Positions 52,096 to 62,697 of a stretch of 64,000 nucleotides of DNA are shown here, in pieces. The DNA comes from an uncultured Pseudomonadota bacterium. Its GTDB lineage: Bacteria; Myxococcota_A; Polyangia; Fen-1088. Position numbers and translations under genes: made by a program. The notes below the pieces were generated by a model. That model saw only the letters and a list, made by a program, of their open reading frames with translations. It searched no databases and was not told the DNA's origin. Location: assembly GCA_963831685.1 (NCBI GenBank), contig CAWHRJ010000015.1, positions 62,305 to 126,304 on the forward strand. Reading direction: 5' to 3'. How positions within the stretch are numbered: position 1 is the stretch's first letter; each line of letters opens with the position of its first letter.

Positions 52096-54222
52096 CTAGC
52101 CGGCTTTGCGCGAGGTTTTCGCCGGCCACACCAGTTCGAGCGGATGTTTGCGCACGCGCTGCCAGATCGCGCCGCGTAGGGAGCGCACCGCCTGGCGCCG
52201 CAAGTCGCGCGACCTGACGGCCATGTAGAACGCGAGCGCGAAACTCACGGCGACGTTGAGTATCGCCATGCTGCCGACCCCGGCGACCGCCCACCACAGC
52301 TCCGGCCACTTCAATGCGCTCTCGCCGAGCACGCCGAGCGCGATGCCGATCGAGCCGGCGCTGAGCGTCACGTGCCGCACTTCGAACGAGAACGCCAACG
52401 CGGTGAAGATCGCCGGCACGAGTCCGAGCATCAGCCCCAGCGTGACATTGCCGACGACCCCCGCGACGTTCGAACGGCACCACTGCGCGAGCCGGTTGGC
52501 GCCGGCCGCGCCGAGCGTCATGCGCAGGCGGCGGTTATAGGCGAGCGCGTCGGCGACGCGATGCAGCACGAACCAGTTGTCCGCCCAACCCGCCAGCAGG
52601 CTCGACGACCACAGCAGCACGCCGGTCAACGCGGCGTAGAACGGCGTCGGCCCGAGCAGCGAGAACGAGTGCAGCGTGGCGTGCGCCTTCTGCGGCGAAA
52701 TGATGTCGGCGTGAAACAGCGCGTGCCACAGCAGTTGCACGCCGAGGCACACGGGAAACACCAGCAGAACGTTGCCGAACACGGCGGCAGCCTGGGTGCG
52801 CATCAGCGCGGTCACGGAACTCACGAAACTGTCGACGCCCGCCGGCGTGTCGACGCCGTCGAGTTCGCGTGCGAGGGTGGGCGCGGTCATCGCCGGCTGC
52901 TTGGTGGCGAGCGAGAAGTGCAGGAAGTGCATCAGCAGGAAGCTCGCCGCGTAGTTGATGCCGGCCAGCATGCCTTCGAGCATGGCTTGCAGATGCGCGC
53001 CGCTAATCGCGAACTTCACGCAGACCGTGACGACGGTGACGAGTCCGCCGCCGGCCGCCATGCGCAGCATCTTCAGATATTCGGCGCGATCACGGGCGAT
53101 GTAATGCTCGCCAGTATCGGCGCTGTACTCGACGACCTTGCGGGCCAGCAGCGAGAAGTTGCTGCGCAACAGATGCGCGACGCTCTGGCTCGCGTGATTT
53201 GCGTTCACGAGTTCGGCGGTCAGACGCGCGCCGGCGTGCAGATCGTCTTGCGCCATCCAGGCGTTCAGCAGATGTTCGGCGCGCACGATGCGCATGCGCA
53301 TCCGCTCGACCTGGAACACGATGTCGACGCTCACGCCGTTGCGATAGAGATGGGCGAAGACGTTGTGGGTGGCGCTGCGGCAATCGTCGAGCAGCAGCCG
53401 CAGATAGTTGACTTCGCGCAGCAGCTGATCTTGCGGAGCGCCCGCCGCGCACGCGTGATGGGCGGCTTCGACGGCGAGCATCGCGCGCGTGAGCCGGTAG
53501 AACGGCTGCTTTTCCATCGCGATGCGCACGTCGCTGGTGTCGTCATCGGCACTGGCTCCGCCGAGGCGGCTGCGCACGGTTTGCGACAGGCCCGTCGAGC
53601 TGATCTGGCAAGTGAGGTTGTGCAGCGCCGCCAGCAGGTCGAGCGAGAACGGCGTGCTGTCGCGTGGTTCGTCCTCGTCCACGGCGTAGTCGAACAGCGC
53701 GTGGATGCGGGTCAGCAGATCGGCGGGCAGCGTGGCGATCCAGCCGGCGTCGCGCTCCGAACTGAACATCAGCGTGACGATCGCGGTGAGGTCGCGCCGG
53801 TTGGGCGCGGGCGGGATCAACGACGCTTCGAGGCGTTCGAAAAGCGCGCCGAAGAAGCCCGAATGCACCGGCATGCCGGCATCGCAGAGCAACGAGAGGC
53901 CGTCGCTTTCACGCAGCAGCGCGCGCAGGATACCGGCGACGTTGGCCTTCCACGCGGGGTTGCGATCCAGCACATGGAGCAGGTAGCGGATTCGCGTGTG
54001 CGCCGATGCCGAGCGGGATGCGGCGGGTTGGGCGTTGGGCTCGGACGTGCCGGCTTGCACGGCGCGGCCACGGCGAATCCAGTGGGCGAGTTCGATCAGC
54101 CATGCGCTGCGGTCCGCATAGGGGGCGTTCCGGTCGGCGATCGCCAGCAGCGCGTCGAGCTGGTGGCCGCCGTCGCGCGACGCGCGCCATTTCTTGATGA
54201 ATCGTTTGAGCGAGTCGAACAT
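52096..54222 (-). CDS. multi-pass membrane protein of the family historically annotated as site-specific recombinase (PF10136-like)
   Basis: Internal ATG MFDSLKRFIKKWRAS of ORF 52096..54411. Soluble helical N-half plus a C-half with many TM helices. No recombinase catalytic motifs seen. Confidence 0.55.
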   Translation of the reverse strand: MFDSLKRFIKKWRASRDGGHQLDALLAIADRNAPYADRSAWLIELAHWIRRGRAVQAGTSEPNAQPAASRSASAHTRIRYLLHVLDRNPAWKANVAGILRALLRESDGLSLLCDAGMPVHSGFFGALFERLEASLIPPAPNRRDLTAIVTLMFSSERDAGWIATLPADLLTRIHALFDYAVDEDEPRDSTPFSLDLLAALHNLTCQISSTGLSQTVRSRLGGASADDDTSDVRIAMEKQPFYRLTRAMLAVEAAHHACAAGAPQDQLLREVNYLRLLLDDCRSATHNVFAHLYRNGVSVDIVFQVERMRMRIVRAEHLLNAWMAQDDLHAGARLTAELVNANHASQSVAHLLRSNFSLLARKVVEYSADTGEHYIARDRAEYLKMLRMAAGGGLVTVVTVCVKFAISGAHLQAMLEGMLAGINYAASFLLMHFLHFSLATKQPAMTAPTLARELDGVDTPAGVDSFVSSVTALMRTQAAAVFGNVLLVFPVCLGVQLLWHALFHADIISPQKAHATLHSFSLLGPTPFYAALTGVLLWSSSLLAGWADNWFVLHRVADALAYNRRLRMTLGAAGANRLAQWCRSNVAGVVGNVTLGLMLGLVPAIFTALAFSFEVRHVTLSAGSIGIALGVLGESALKWPELWWAVAGVGSMAILNVAVSFALAFYMAVRSRDLRRQAVRSLRGAIWQRVRKHPLELVWPAKTSRKAG

Positions 54223-54389
54223 GTTTTTGCCTGCGGAATGTGTGCGACGTGTCAAAGGATCGGTTAGTTTTCCCTGGCTTTCCTTGATAACGCCAGCCCG
54301 AACTTTGATTATGACTTGGGCCCGGTCGAGGGAGCGGCGTTGTCGTTCGAGAGGAAAGGAAAAGTGATCAATGTGAAGTCGAGAAGTTC

Positions 54390-54605
54390 GTGGATGGCAA
54401 GCGCGAAGCATCGTTCAGCGTGCCGGTCGTCGTTCTGCGGATCGCCAACGCGGTGTTGCCCAGCGCCGCGGTAGGGGCGCTGGCGAGTCGTGACCTGAAT
54501 GTGCGGCAGCTTCTGGAAGCGAGAAGCAGCGGCTCCGGCTATCGGGCGACGTTGAATGTGCGCGAACGCGGTTTGACGAAGAAGATCGTGGTGTCGCTGG
54601 AGTAA
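54390..54605 (+). CDS. hypothetical small protein (weak call)
   Basis: 71 codons from GTG with consistently high GC3, in an otherwise 730-bp gap. No convincing RBS and no family recognised. Confidence 0.3.
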   Translation: MDGKREASFSVPVVVLRIANAVLPSAAVGALASRDLNVRQLLEARSSGSGYRATLNVRERGLTKKIVVSLE

Positions 54606-54904
54606 CTGCATGGGCGGCATGGCGGCCGCACGAGGCTGCGGGTTTGGTGCTTGAGCGTGTTGGTGTCGACGGCAAGGCTCGTGTGTGGTTTGGCACGTCG
54701 TCGACGCGCGAGGCCGGTGCAGATGTCCGATGGACTGATCGACAGCGCACTGTTTTGCGTGGCGCTGCTCGCGCGTTTTCCGGTGTGGAGGCGGGTGTCA
54801 TTTGCCGGACACGAAGACGAGGCGAAGGCCTGTGGTCCAATACGATTCGACGCCGCCAACGCGCTCAACTCGACGAACGCGGCCGGCGCAAAAACGCACA
54901 GCCG

Positions 54905-54928
54905 CTCAAGCTCAAACTCAAACTCAAG
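54905..54928 (+). repeat. tandem hexamer repeat CTCAAG-CTCAAA-CTCAAA-CTCAAG
   Basis: Read directly from the sequence; lies about 25 nt beyond the pqiC stop. Confidence 0.8.
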
Positions 54929-54950
54929 TTCGAGCGCAACCGAACCCGCT

Positions 54951-55677
54951 TCAGCTGCCAGCCGCCGCCGTCGCACCCGTGGAAGGACACGCCGGCACCA
55001 AAACGCTCGTCCCCTTGCCCGCACCCGCCGTACTGCCGGGATTCGCGGCAGCCATCGCCCGCACCGCCGTGGCAATCTGTCCGGAAATTTGCGCGAGCGC
55101 CCGCCGGTGTCCATCGACCAGCGCGTCATACCCGCCGCTGACCGGCTCGCTCACCACGCTGCGGCACGTCATCACCGCGTTGCTGCGCACGGCCCGCACG
55201 CTCCACACCGCGTCCATCAACGCATGCGAGCCGGGCCACGACTCGAAGCGCTGCACGTTCATGCTGACGCGATAGACCGGCGTCGCATCCGGATGCGCGG
55301 TGCCATAGACGTCAATGGTGCCGAGCTGCTGCGTCAGACTGGTCGACAGCGCGCGCCGGATCTCGTCGCCGGGCAGCGACGCCCAGCGCTCCTCTTCGAG
55401 CACCTTGACCTGGGTCGGGCCCGTCTGCACGACCAGCTGATTCTTCGCCACTTGCGGCGGCATGTCGATCGGGCGCGACCTCGATCAGCCAGGCCTGCGC
55501 CGCCGCCGTGCTTGCGCTGACCGGCGCGGTGGACCCGGCCGCATCGGCGCCGAGCGTATAAAAGCGGCTCGACGGCGACGAGCACGCCGCCATGGCCACC
55601 GCCGCGGCCAGCGCGCCGGCGTACACAGCGCCGCGCACGAGCGCGCGCGGCGGACGGGGGAGCCGGGCAAACATCAT
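54951..55677 (-). pseudogene. pqiC: PqiC-like ABC-transport auxiliary lipoprotein (DUF330), one frame change near 55465
   Basis: Lipobox AVAMAACSSPSSRFYTL in ORF 55312..55677. The body, PPQVAKNQLVVQTGPTQVKVLEEERWASLPGDEIRRAL...YRVSMNVQRFE, is in ORF 54951..55463. ATGA overlap with the pqiB stop. Confidence 0.7.
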
Positions 55678-57343
55678 GGTTTATCTCCTGATTTACCGCG
55701 CAACAGCGATTCCGGATGACGCTCCAGATAATCGGACAGCGCGTTCAGCGACTGCAACGTGCGCGTCAGTTCCTGCAACGCCTGATGAACATCCGACTGC
55801 AGCGGCGAGTCCTGCTGCAACGTCGCCTCGGCCGAGCCGAAGGTCTGCTTCGCCGCCGCGAGCGTGTCGCGCGCCTCCGGCACGACTTCCGTGTCGAGCT
55901 GCTTGAACAGCTGATCGGCGTTCTTCAGCGCGCTGTTCAGGTTGTTGCCGATCTGGTCGAACGGCATCTTGTCGAGCTTCCTCGCGATGTCCGCGACCTG
56001 AAGCTGCAACTCGTCGAGCGTGTTCGGGATCGTCGGCAGTTCGAGCGGATCGCTCGCAACGTTCGACCGTGGCCGGCGGCGCTTTCGGGAAGATATCGAG
56101 CGCGATGTACAACTGGCTCGTGAGCAGATTGCCGGTGCGCAACTGGCCGCGCAGCCCATGCTCGACCAGTTGCTGCAACAGCGCCTGACCCGCGAGGCTG
56201 CCCGGCTGCGGCAGCGGTTTCGCGGAAGCGCTTGCCGAGGCGGTCGGGATACATGTTCATCGTGACCGGCATCGTGAAGCTGCGCGTCTTCGGGTCGTAG
56301 TCGATGCCGATGTTGGTCACCTCGCCCAGCACGATGCCGCGGAAATCGACCGGCGCGCCGACCGACAGCCCGCGCAGCGACTGGTTGAAGTTCATCACCA
56401 CGCGCAGCGGCACGCCGTCCGGATCGCGCATCGCGTCGGCTTCGTCCGAGGCGAGGCGGAACGTCATGTTGTTCGGCGCCTGCGCGCCCACGCCGCTGGC
56501 CGGGCGGCGACTGGAACGACGATGCCGCCGACGATCACCGTCGCGAGCGACTGCGTGTTCAGCTTGAAGCCGCTCGAATCGAGCCGCAGGTCGACGCCGC
56601 TCGCGTGCCACCAGCGCGAATTCGTGCCGACGTACTGGTCGTACGGCGCGTTCACGAACACCTGCATGGTCACGCCGGTGCCGTCCTTGTCGAGCGAGAA
56701 GCCGACCACCTGGCCGACCTGCACGCGCCGGTAGAAGATCGGCGAGCCGATGTCGATCGAGCCGAGCGAGTCGCCGTGCAGCGTGAACTGGTGGCCCTTC
56801 TGGTCGCCGGTGATCGGCGGCGGCGTTTCCAGGCCGACGAAGTTCTTCTCGGAGTCCGTCGAGCTTGCCGGCGTCCACGCCGATGTACGCGCCCGACAGC
56901 AGCGTGGTCAGAGCCCGACACGCCGCTCGCGCCGACGCGCGGCCGCACCACCCAGAAGCGCGTGTCCTTGACCGCGAATCTTCGCCTTCCTTGGTCAGTT
57001 GCACCTCGCACCAGCACGTGCGACAGATCTTGCGACAGCGTGATGGTCTTCACCGTGCCGACGTCGACGTCCTTGTACTTGAGCTTGGTCTTGCCCGGTT
57101 CGAGGCCTTCGGCGCTGACGAAGCTGATCGTGATGGTCGGGCCGCTCTCGGTCACCGACTTGACCACGAGCGCGACGCCGATCAGCGCGGCGATGAGCGG
57201 AATCACCCAGACGAGCGACGGCAGCCAGCGGCTGCGCGGTTCGATCTCGGGGTCCGGAAGTTTGGGCGGCAGTCTGCGGTCCGTTCGAATCGTTGCGCGG
57301 CGCATCGTTCGGAAGCGGGCGTCGGTCCTTGCGGGCTAGTCAT
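55674..57343 (-). pseudogene. pqiB: PqiB-like MCE-domain protein (paraquat-inducible protein B), at least 6 frame changes
   Basis: PEIEPRSRWLPSLVWVIPLIAALIGVALVVKSVTESGPTITISFVSAEGLEPGKTKLKYKDVDVGTVKTITL (56670..57305); LTTLLSGAYIGVDAG, MNFNQSLRGLSVGAPVDFRGIVLGEVTNIGIDYDP (55937..57004); VGQVVGFSLDKDGTGVTMQVFVNAPYDQYV (56464..56724); C-terminal coiled part in 55674..56159. The start is uncertain (57305 or 57343). Confidence 0.75.
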
Positions 57344-57986
57344 GTTCAGATCCTGAGGGTTTGAGATTGCTTTCACGGGGTCCCAGATGAGTCGCGGATC
57401 GAATTGCATCGACGCCAGCATCGTCAGCACCACGACCGACGCCGAACGCGATCGCGCCCGGTCCGGCCGTGATCACGGCGAGCGATCTGAAGCGCACCAG
57501 CGCGACGGTCAGCGTGACGACGAAGACGTCGAGCATCGACCAGCGGCCGATCCGCTCGACCATCCGGTACAGCGTGGTGCGCTGGTCGCGGCCGCCAGCG
57601 CGAGCGGCGCTGCGCGGTGCACGTGAGCAGCACGAGCGCGCCGAGCTTGAGCATCGGCACCAGGATGCTGGCGATGAACATGATCACCGCGAGCGGCCAG
57701 TCGCCCGTCGGTCCAGAAGTAGCACGACGCCGCTCATGATGGTGTCGTCTTCGGAGCCGAGCAGCGACGTGGTGTGCATCACCGGCAGCAGGTTCGCGGG
57801 AATATACAGGATCGCGGCGGCGATCAGCAGCGCCCAGGTGCGCACCAGGCTGTCGGGATTGCGCGAGTGAAGCTGCGCGCCGCAGCGTCCGCAGTGTTGT
57901 GGCGTGATCGAGCGGATGCGCGGCTCGACGCGGCCGCACGCATGGCACGAGACAAGGCCCGCGCGTTTCGCGGTGACGTATTTCAT
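57340..57986 (-). pseudogene. pqiA: PqiA-family membrane protein (second copy), about 3 frame changes; 3' boundary uncertain
   Basis: MKYVTAKRAGLVSCHACGRVEP...CGRCGAQLHSRNPDSLVRTWALLIAAAILYIPANLLPVM (57684..58022); DWPLAVIMFIASILVPMLKLGALVLL (57424..57948); MVERIGRWSMLDVFVVTLTVALV (57336..57563); MLASMQFDPRLIWD (57203..57433). Confidence 0.7.
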
Positions 57987-57993
57987 CGTGGAC

Positions 57994-58796
57994 TCATCCC
58001 TGACGCGGCGCGGGCGGCACACCGGGCCGCAATGCGGGGTGCGCGGCGGTTTGCGCGTCAGTCGGCACAGCGGGCGGCACCGTCGCCGGCACTGCAGCGT
58101 GCACGTCAGCAGGCGCGGGCGGGCCGGCCTGCGAGCCGACGGCGGCCGCCGCGCTATCGGCGGAGGTGCGCGGCAGCGGGCGCTGATCGCGCCCGCCGAG
58201 TTCGTCGGCGAGATCCCACAACACGCGCGGATCGAACGTGACGACGACCGCGAACATCAGCGTCAGCGCGCCGAACGCGAACAGCGCGGCTTCGGGAATC
58301 ACGCGCGCGAGACTGACCATCTTCACGATCGTGATCAGCACGCCGAGCATGAACACTTCGATCATTCCCCACGGGCGCACGAACTGGATCGCGCGCAACA
58401 CGCGGTTGAATCCGGTCGGCACGTAGCCGGCGCGCAGCGGCACCAGCACGTAGAGCAGCGCGACCAGCTCGGTCAGCGGGAACAGGATGGTCGAGCAGAA
58501 CACCATCACCGCGACGATCTGCATGTCCTCGTCCCACAGTGCGACGATCGCGCCGATCAGCGTGGTCTGCGAGGTGATGCCGTTGGTTTCCAGTTCGACG
58601 ATCGGAAAGCCTGCGCAATCACAAAGGTGATCAGCGCGGCCAGCGTCATCGCGCAGATGTTGTCGAGCTTGCGCGAGATGCCGCGATAGAGCGTCGCGCC
58701 GCAGCGCGGACAGCGCGCGGCAGTGCGCCCGACAAGCCGTGGCTTGCGGAACAGCGTATCGCATTCATGGCACGCGATCAGGTTGTCATGTTCCAT
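57994..58796 (-). pseudogene. pqiA: PqiA-family membrane protein (first copy), one frame change near 58615
   Basis: MEHDNLIACHECDTLFRKP...CPRCGATLYRG...LAALITFVIAQAF (58557..58796), then PIVELETNGITSQTTLIGAIVALWDEDMQIVAVMVFCSTILFPL...RPWGMIEVFMLGVLITIVKM (57994..58764). Confidence 0.75.
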
Positions 58797-59183
58797 ACGG
58801 CAGAAGGGCTAGTGGCGTGAGGGCAGGGCGGGTGAGAGAGTGGGGCAATAGTACCAAACGCGGCTTCGCGGCCACATCGGCCCGCGCATGGGCACGGACC
58901 GCACGCCGGACCCGCTTGGCATTCGGAAGTCTTACACGACTTGGCATAGCTCTGACATCCTCCGTCCCTAATTGTTCAACGACGGTTCGCACTCCCGCAA
59001 AATTCGGACCCGGCAGGTTCAACACCAACGCAGCCAGCTTCTTGCGCATGGGGTAGCATGGCGGCCTTGGCGTGTATCGCAGCGGACATGTCCTGGTCAG
59101 ATGCACCGACGTCGGTCGCATTCATGCCGGGAATACCAGGGCAAGCTGCGCCGTTAACCTCTCTTAGCTTGCGTTGATCTGTC

Positions 59184-59744
59184 ATGGCACTCAATCCTTC
59201 ATTCAGCAGTCGGGAGTCGTACACGCGCACGGCGATCGCCTTTCACTGGCTGATCGCGCTCCTGATCGTGTGCGGCTTCGCGCTCGGCTGGGTGATGACC
59301 GATATCCCGGGCTTTACGCCCACCAAGCTGCGCTACTTCTCATGGCACAAATGGATCGGCGTGACGGTGTTCGCGCTCGCGATCCTGCGCATTCTGTGGC
59401 GCGCGACTCACGCTGCCCCGGCGTTGCCGCGCCGCATGCCGGCCTGGCAGCGCGGCGTCGCGAATCTCGTGCACCTGCTGCTGTACGTACTGATGATCGC
59501 GATTCCCGTGTCCGGCTATCTGTACAGCTCGGCGGCGAATGTGCCGGTGGTGTACCTCGGGCTGATCCCGCTGCCGCGTCTGATCGCGCCGGACCCGCAC
59601 CTCAAGGAACTGCTGAAGAACGTGCATATCGCGCTGAATTACACGTTGCTCGTCCTGGTCGCGCTGCACGTCGCCGGTGCGCTCAAGCACCAATGGCTGG
59701 ATCGCGACGGCCTGCTGTCGCGCATGCTCCCTTTCCTCAAATAA
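59184..59744 (+). CDS. cytochrome b561 family protein (CybB-like)
   Basis: 186 aa with four TM helices and conserved His residues (AIAFHWLIALL, SWHKWIG, LVHLLLYVLM, LLVLVALHVAGALKH). Confidence 0.8.
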   Translation: MALNPSFSSRESYTRTAIAFHWLIALLIVCGFALGWVMTDIPGFTPTKLRYFSWHKWIGVTVFALAILRILWRATHAAPALPRRMPAWQRGVANLVHLLLYVLMIAIPVSGYLYSSAANVPVVYLGLIPLPRLIAPDPHLKELLKNVHIALNYTLLVLVALHVAGALKHQWLDRDGLLSRMLPFLK

Positions 59745-59752
59745 GGACAAAC

Positions 59753-60316
59753 ATGAAGGTCTCGTTTTATCGCTACATGCTCGCCGCGTTCGCCGCGGCC
59801 TCGCTGACCGCGGCCGGCAGCGCGCTCGCGCAAGTCGACGTCGCGAAGAGTTCGGTGACGGCCACCTCGAAGCAGATGAACGTGCCGGTGGAAGGCAAGT
59901 TCGGCAAATTCACCGCGCAGGTCAAGTTCGATCCGGCCAAACCCGCCGACGGCACCGCGCAGTTCAGCATCGACGTGGGCAGCTACGATCTCGGCGACGA
60001 GAGCTACAACGACCAGGTGCGCGGCAAGGAGTGGTTCGACGCGAAGACCTATCCGACCGCCACGTTCGTGTCGAGCGCGATCGCGCCGGCCGGCGGCAAT
60101 CAGTTCAAGGTGACCGGCAAGCTGACCATCAAGGGTAAATCGCAGACGTTGGTGGTGCCGGTCACGGTGAGCCAGCAGGGCGCGATGCAGACCTTCGACG
60201 GCTCGTTGCCGATCAAGCGCTCGCAATTCGACATCGGCACCGGCGAATGGAAAGACACGTCGGTCGTGGCCGACGATGTGGTGATCAAGTTTCATATCGT
60301 CGCCGCGCAGAAGTGA
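59753..60316 (+). CDS. YceI family periplasmic protein
   Basis: Internal ATG of ORF 59174..60316. Signal peptide, then GKFGKFTAQVKFDPAKPADGTAQFSIDVGSYDLGD...KVTGKLTIKGKSQTLVVPV. Confidence 0.8.
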   Translation: MKVSFYRYMLAAFAAASLTAAGSALAQVDVAKSSVTATSKQMNVPVEGKFGKFTAQVKFDPAKPADGTAQFSIDVGSYDLGDESYNDQVRGKEWFDAKTYPTATFVSSAIAPAGGNQFKVTGKLTIKGKSQTLVVPVTVSQQGAMQTFDGSLPIKRSQFDIGTGEWKDTSVVADDVVIKFHIVAAQK

Positions 60317-60390
60317 CGCGTGTGACGTTCACGAAGTCCGCCGCGCTGATCGGGCGCGGCCATATTTTCACCGGAACCTAGGAGCATGAA

Positions 60391-60969
60391 TTGAAAACAT
60401 CCATGTTGATCGCTGTGGGCGCGCTGGCTTCTTCTTTCTCGCTCGGCGCGTTTGCCGCCGACACCTATCAGCTCGACCCGACCCACACGTATCCGAGCTT
60501 CGAGGCGGATCACTTCGGCGGTCTGTCGGTCTGGCGCGGCAAGTTCACGAAAAGCTCCGGCACGGTGACGCTCGACCGCGCGGCGAAGACCGGCACGGTG
60601 GACGTGACGGTCGATCCGGCTTCGGTGCAAACCGGCAACAGCAAACTCGACGAACATCTGAAATCGGATGCGTTCTTCGACGTCGCCAAGTACCCGGCGG
60701 TGACCTACAAGGGCACTGAGATCAAGTTCGACGGCGACAAGCCGGTGGAAGTGGTCGGCAACCTGACGATCCGCGGCGTCACCAAGCCGCTGAATCTGAA
60801 GATCGAGTCGTTCAAGTGCATGCAGCACCCGGTGCTCAAGCGCGAAGTGTGCGGCGTCGAAGCGAGCGCTCAATTCAGCCGCGCCGACTACGGCATGGAC
60901 TTCGGCGCCAAATACGGCTTCAACATGGAGACGCGGCTGCATATCCAGTCTGAAGGCATCAAGCAATAA
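60391..60969 (+). CDS. YceI family periplasmic protein (second copy)
   Basis: TTG start (alternative ATG at 60403). Signal peptide, then [27 protein letters not shown]...[20 protein letters not shown]. Confidence 0.8.
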   Translation: MKTSMLIAVGALASSFSLGAFAADTYQLDPTHTYPSFEADHFGGLSVWRGKFTKSSGTVTLDRAAKTGTVDVTVDPASVQTGNSKLDEHLKSDAFFDVAKYPAVTYKGTEIKFDGDKPVEVVGNLTIRGVTKPLNLKIESFKCMQHPVLKREVCGVEASAQFSRADYGMDFGAKYGFNMETRLHIQSEGIKQ

Positions 60970-61035
60970 GCGCTTGTATGCATTTCGCGTCTTCGAGTAT
61001 CGGTATCGAATAGCGTCGCGCTCGCGTCGCAATGC

Positions 61036-61077
61036 AAAAACCGCTTCGTTCGCTGTGCGACGAAGCGGTTTTTTATT
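61036..61077 (+). terminator. rho-independent terminator after the second yceI
   Basis: AAAAACCGCTTCG-loop-CGAAGCGGTTTTTT followed by ATTT. Confidence 0.8.
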
Positions 61078-61256
61078 TGCATGCGAGGTGCGCCAGGCAC
61101 CGTATGCGGCACCGCATCCAAATTGCCGCTCGCGTTGAATTATTTTTCCAGTTAAATAGAGCGCTGGCAGCGTACCGGTTATGCGCGTATCCGGTGCGGC
61201 AATACCGGGCGTGTCGAGCCCGCATCAATAATATGTCGCGCGAACTGGAGATCTGG

Positions 61257-62534
61257 ATGAGTGCAACGACAGCAGCAAGCATCGTGGGAAGCCGACGCAA
61301 TTCGTGGCGGGCGGTGATCGCCGCGTCGATCGGCAATGCGCTGGAATGGTTCGACCTGGTGGTGTATGGCTTTTTCGCGGTCACTATCGCGAAGCTGTTT
61401 TTTCCGGCCGGCAACGACACGGTCTCGCTGTTGCTGACGCTCGGCACCTTCGGCGTGTCGTTCTTCATGCGGCCGCTCGGGGCCATCGTGATCGGCGCCT
61501 ACGCGGATCGCGCGGGACGCAAGGCCGCGCTCACGCTGTCGATCCTGTTGATGATGAGCGGCACGCTGATCATCGCGATCTTGCCGACTTATCAGAGCAT
61601 CGGCCTCGCCGCGCCGATCATCCTGGTGATTGCCCGTCTGATGCAGGGCTTCTCGGCGGGCGGGGAGTTCGGCAGCGCGACCGCTTTTCTCGCGGAGCAC
61701 GTGCCGGGGCGGCGCGGCTTCTTCGCGAGCTGGCAGGTGGCGAGCCAGGGTCTCACGACGCTGCTGGCCGCCGGCTTCGGCGTGCTTCTCACGGGCGGGC
61801 TGGCGCCGGAGCAGATGGCGTCGTGGGGCTGGCGCGTGCCGTTCGTCTTCGGTCTGCTGATCGGGCCGGTCGCCTGGTACATTCGCACGAAGCTCGATGA
61901 GACGCCCGAATTCCTCGCGGCGGAAACGACCACGACGCCGCTGCGCGACACCTTCGCGAGCCAGAAACTGCGCCTTCTGATTGCGATTGGCGTGGTGGTG
62001 CTGGGCACCGTGTCGACGTATCTGGTGCTGTTCATGCCGACGTATGGCGTGAAGCAATTGGGGCTGGCGCCGTCGGTCGCGTTCTCGGCGATTGCGCTGA
62101 CCGGGGTCATCCAGATGGTGTTCTCGCCGCTGATCGGTCATCTGTCGGACCGGCACGGGCGTACCACGATCATGCTGGTCCCGGCGCTGTTGCTGCTCGT
62201 GCTGATCTATCCGGCCTTTCTGTATCTGGTCGCGCATCCGACCTTCGGCACGCTGATCGCGCTGCAGATCGTGTTCGGCTTTTTGATGACCGGATACTTC
62301 GCGGCGCTGCCGGGTTTGTTGTCGGAGATGTTTCCGGTGCAGACCCGCACGACCGGCATGTCGCTCGCGTATAACGTCGCCGTGACGATCTTCGGCGGAT
62401 TCGGACCGTTCATCATCGCGTGGCTGATCAGCGTCACGGGTTCGAAGGCCGCGCCCAGCTACTATCTGATTTTTGCGGCGCTGGTGAGCCTCGTTGCGCT
62501 GATGGCGGCGCGCCGCAAGCTTGGGTTTCGCTGA
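61257..62534 (+). CDS. MFS transporter, metabolite:H+ symporter (MHS) family
   Basis: ATG with GGAG upstream (alternative at 61233). GNALEWFDLVVYGFFA, MRPLGAIVIGAYADRAGRK, twelve TM helices. Confidence 0.8.
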   Translation: MSATTAASIVGSRRNSWRAVIAASIGNALEWFDLVVYGFFAVTIAKLFFPAGNDTVSLLLTLGTFGVSFFMRPLGAIVIGAYADRAGRKAALTLSILLMMSGTLIIAILPTYQSIGLAAPIILVIARLMQGFSAGGEFGSATAFLAEHVPGRRGFFASWQVASQGLTTLLAAGFGVLLTGGLAPEQMASWGWRVPFVFGLLIGPVAWYIRTKLDETPEFLAAETTTTPLRDTFASQKLRLLIAIGVVVLGTVSTYLVLFMPTYGVKQLGLAPSVAFSAIALTGVIQMVFSPLIGHLSDRHGRTTIMLVPALLLLVLIYPAFLYLVAHPTFGTLIALQIVFGFLMTGYFAALPGLLSEMFPVQTRTTGMSLAYNVAVTIFGGFGPFIIAWLISVTGSKAAPSYYLIFAALVSLVALMAARRKLGFR

Positions 62535-62634
62535 GGCTGTGCTGCGGCTTGCCGCTGCGAGATAGCGCGGCGATCAATCGCGAAAGGCCGGTTCATCGAG
62601 CCATTGGCTATTGAACAATCCTGGCGAAGCAGGC

Positions 62635-62668
62635 AAAAAAAAGCCGGTTCCAAAGAACCGGCTTTTTT
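62635..62668. terminator. bidirectional rho-independent terminator between the MFS gene and secF
   Basis: A8-GCCGGTTC-caaa-GAACCGGC-T6. Confidence 0.8.
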
Positions 62669-62697
62669 CATTTGCGAAGCCCGCCTCGACAACAGGA

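Noticed and set aside
52096-54222. The site-specific recombinase annotation as a marker of a mobile element or integron
   Set aside because: The protein is a polytopic membrane protein without tyrosine or serine recombinase motifs. There are no att-like repeats or cargo genes around it.
58976-59230. 84-aa minus-strand ORF (and 58786..59121) in the pqiA/cybB divergent spacer
   Set aside because: Third-codon positions are not GC-biased, unlike all real genes in this segment. It has no RBS and overlaps the cybB start. It is probably promoter DNA.
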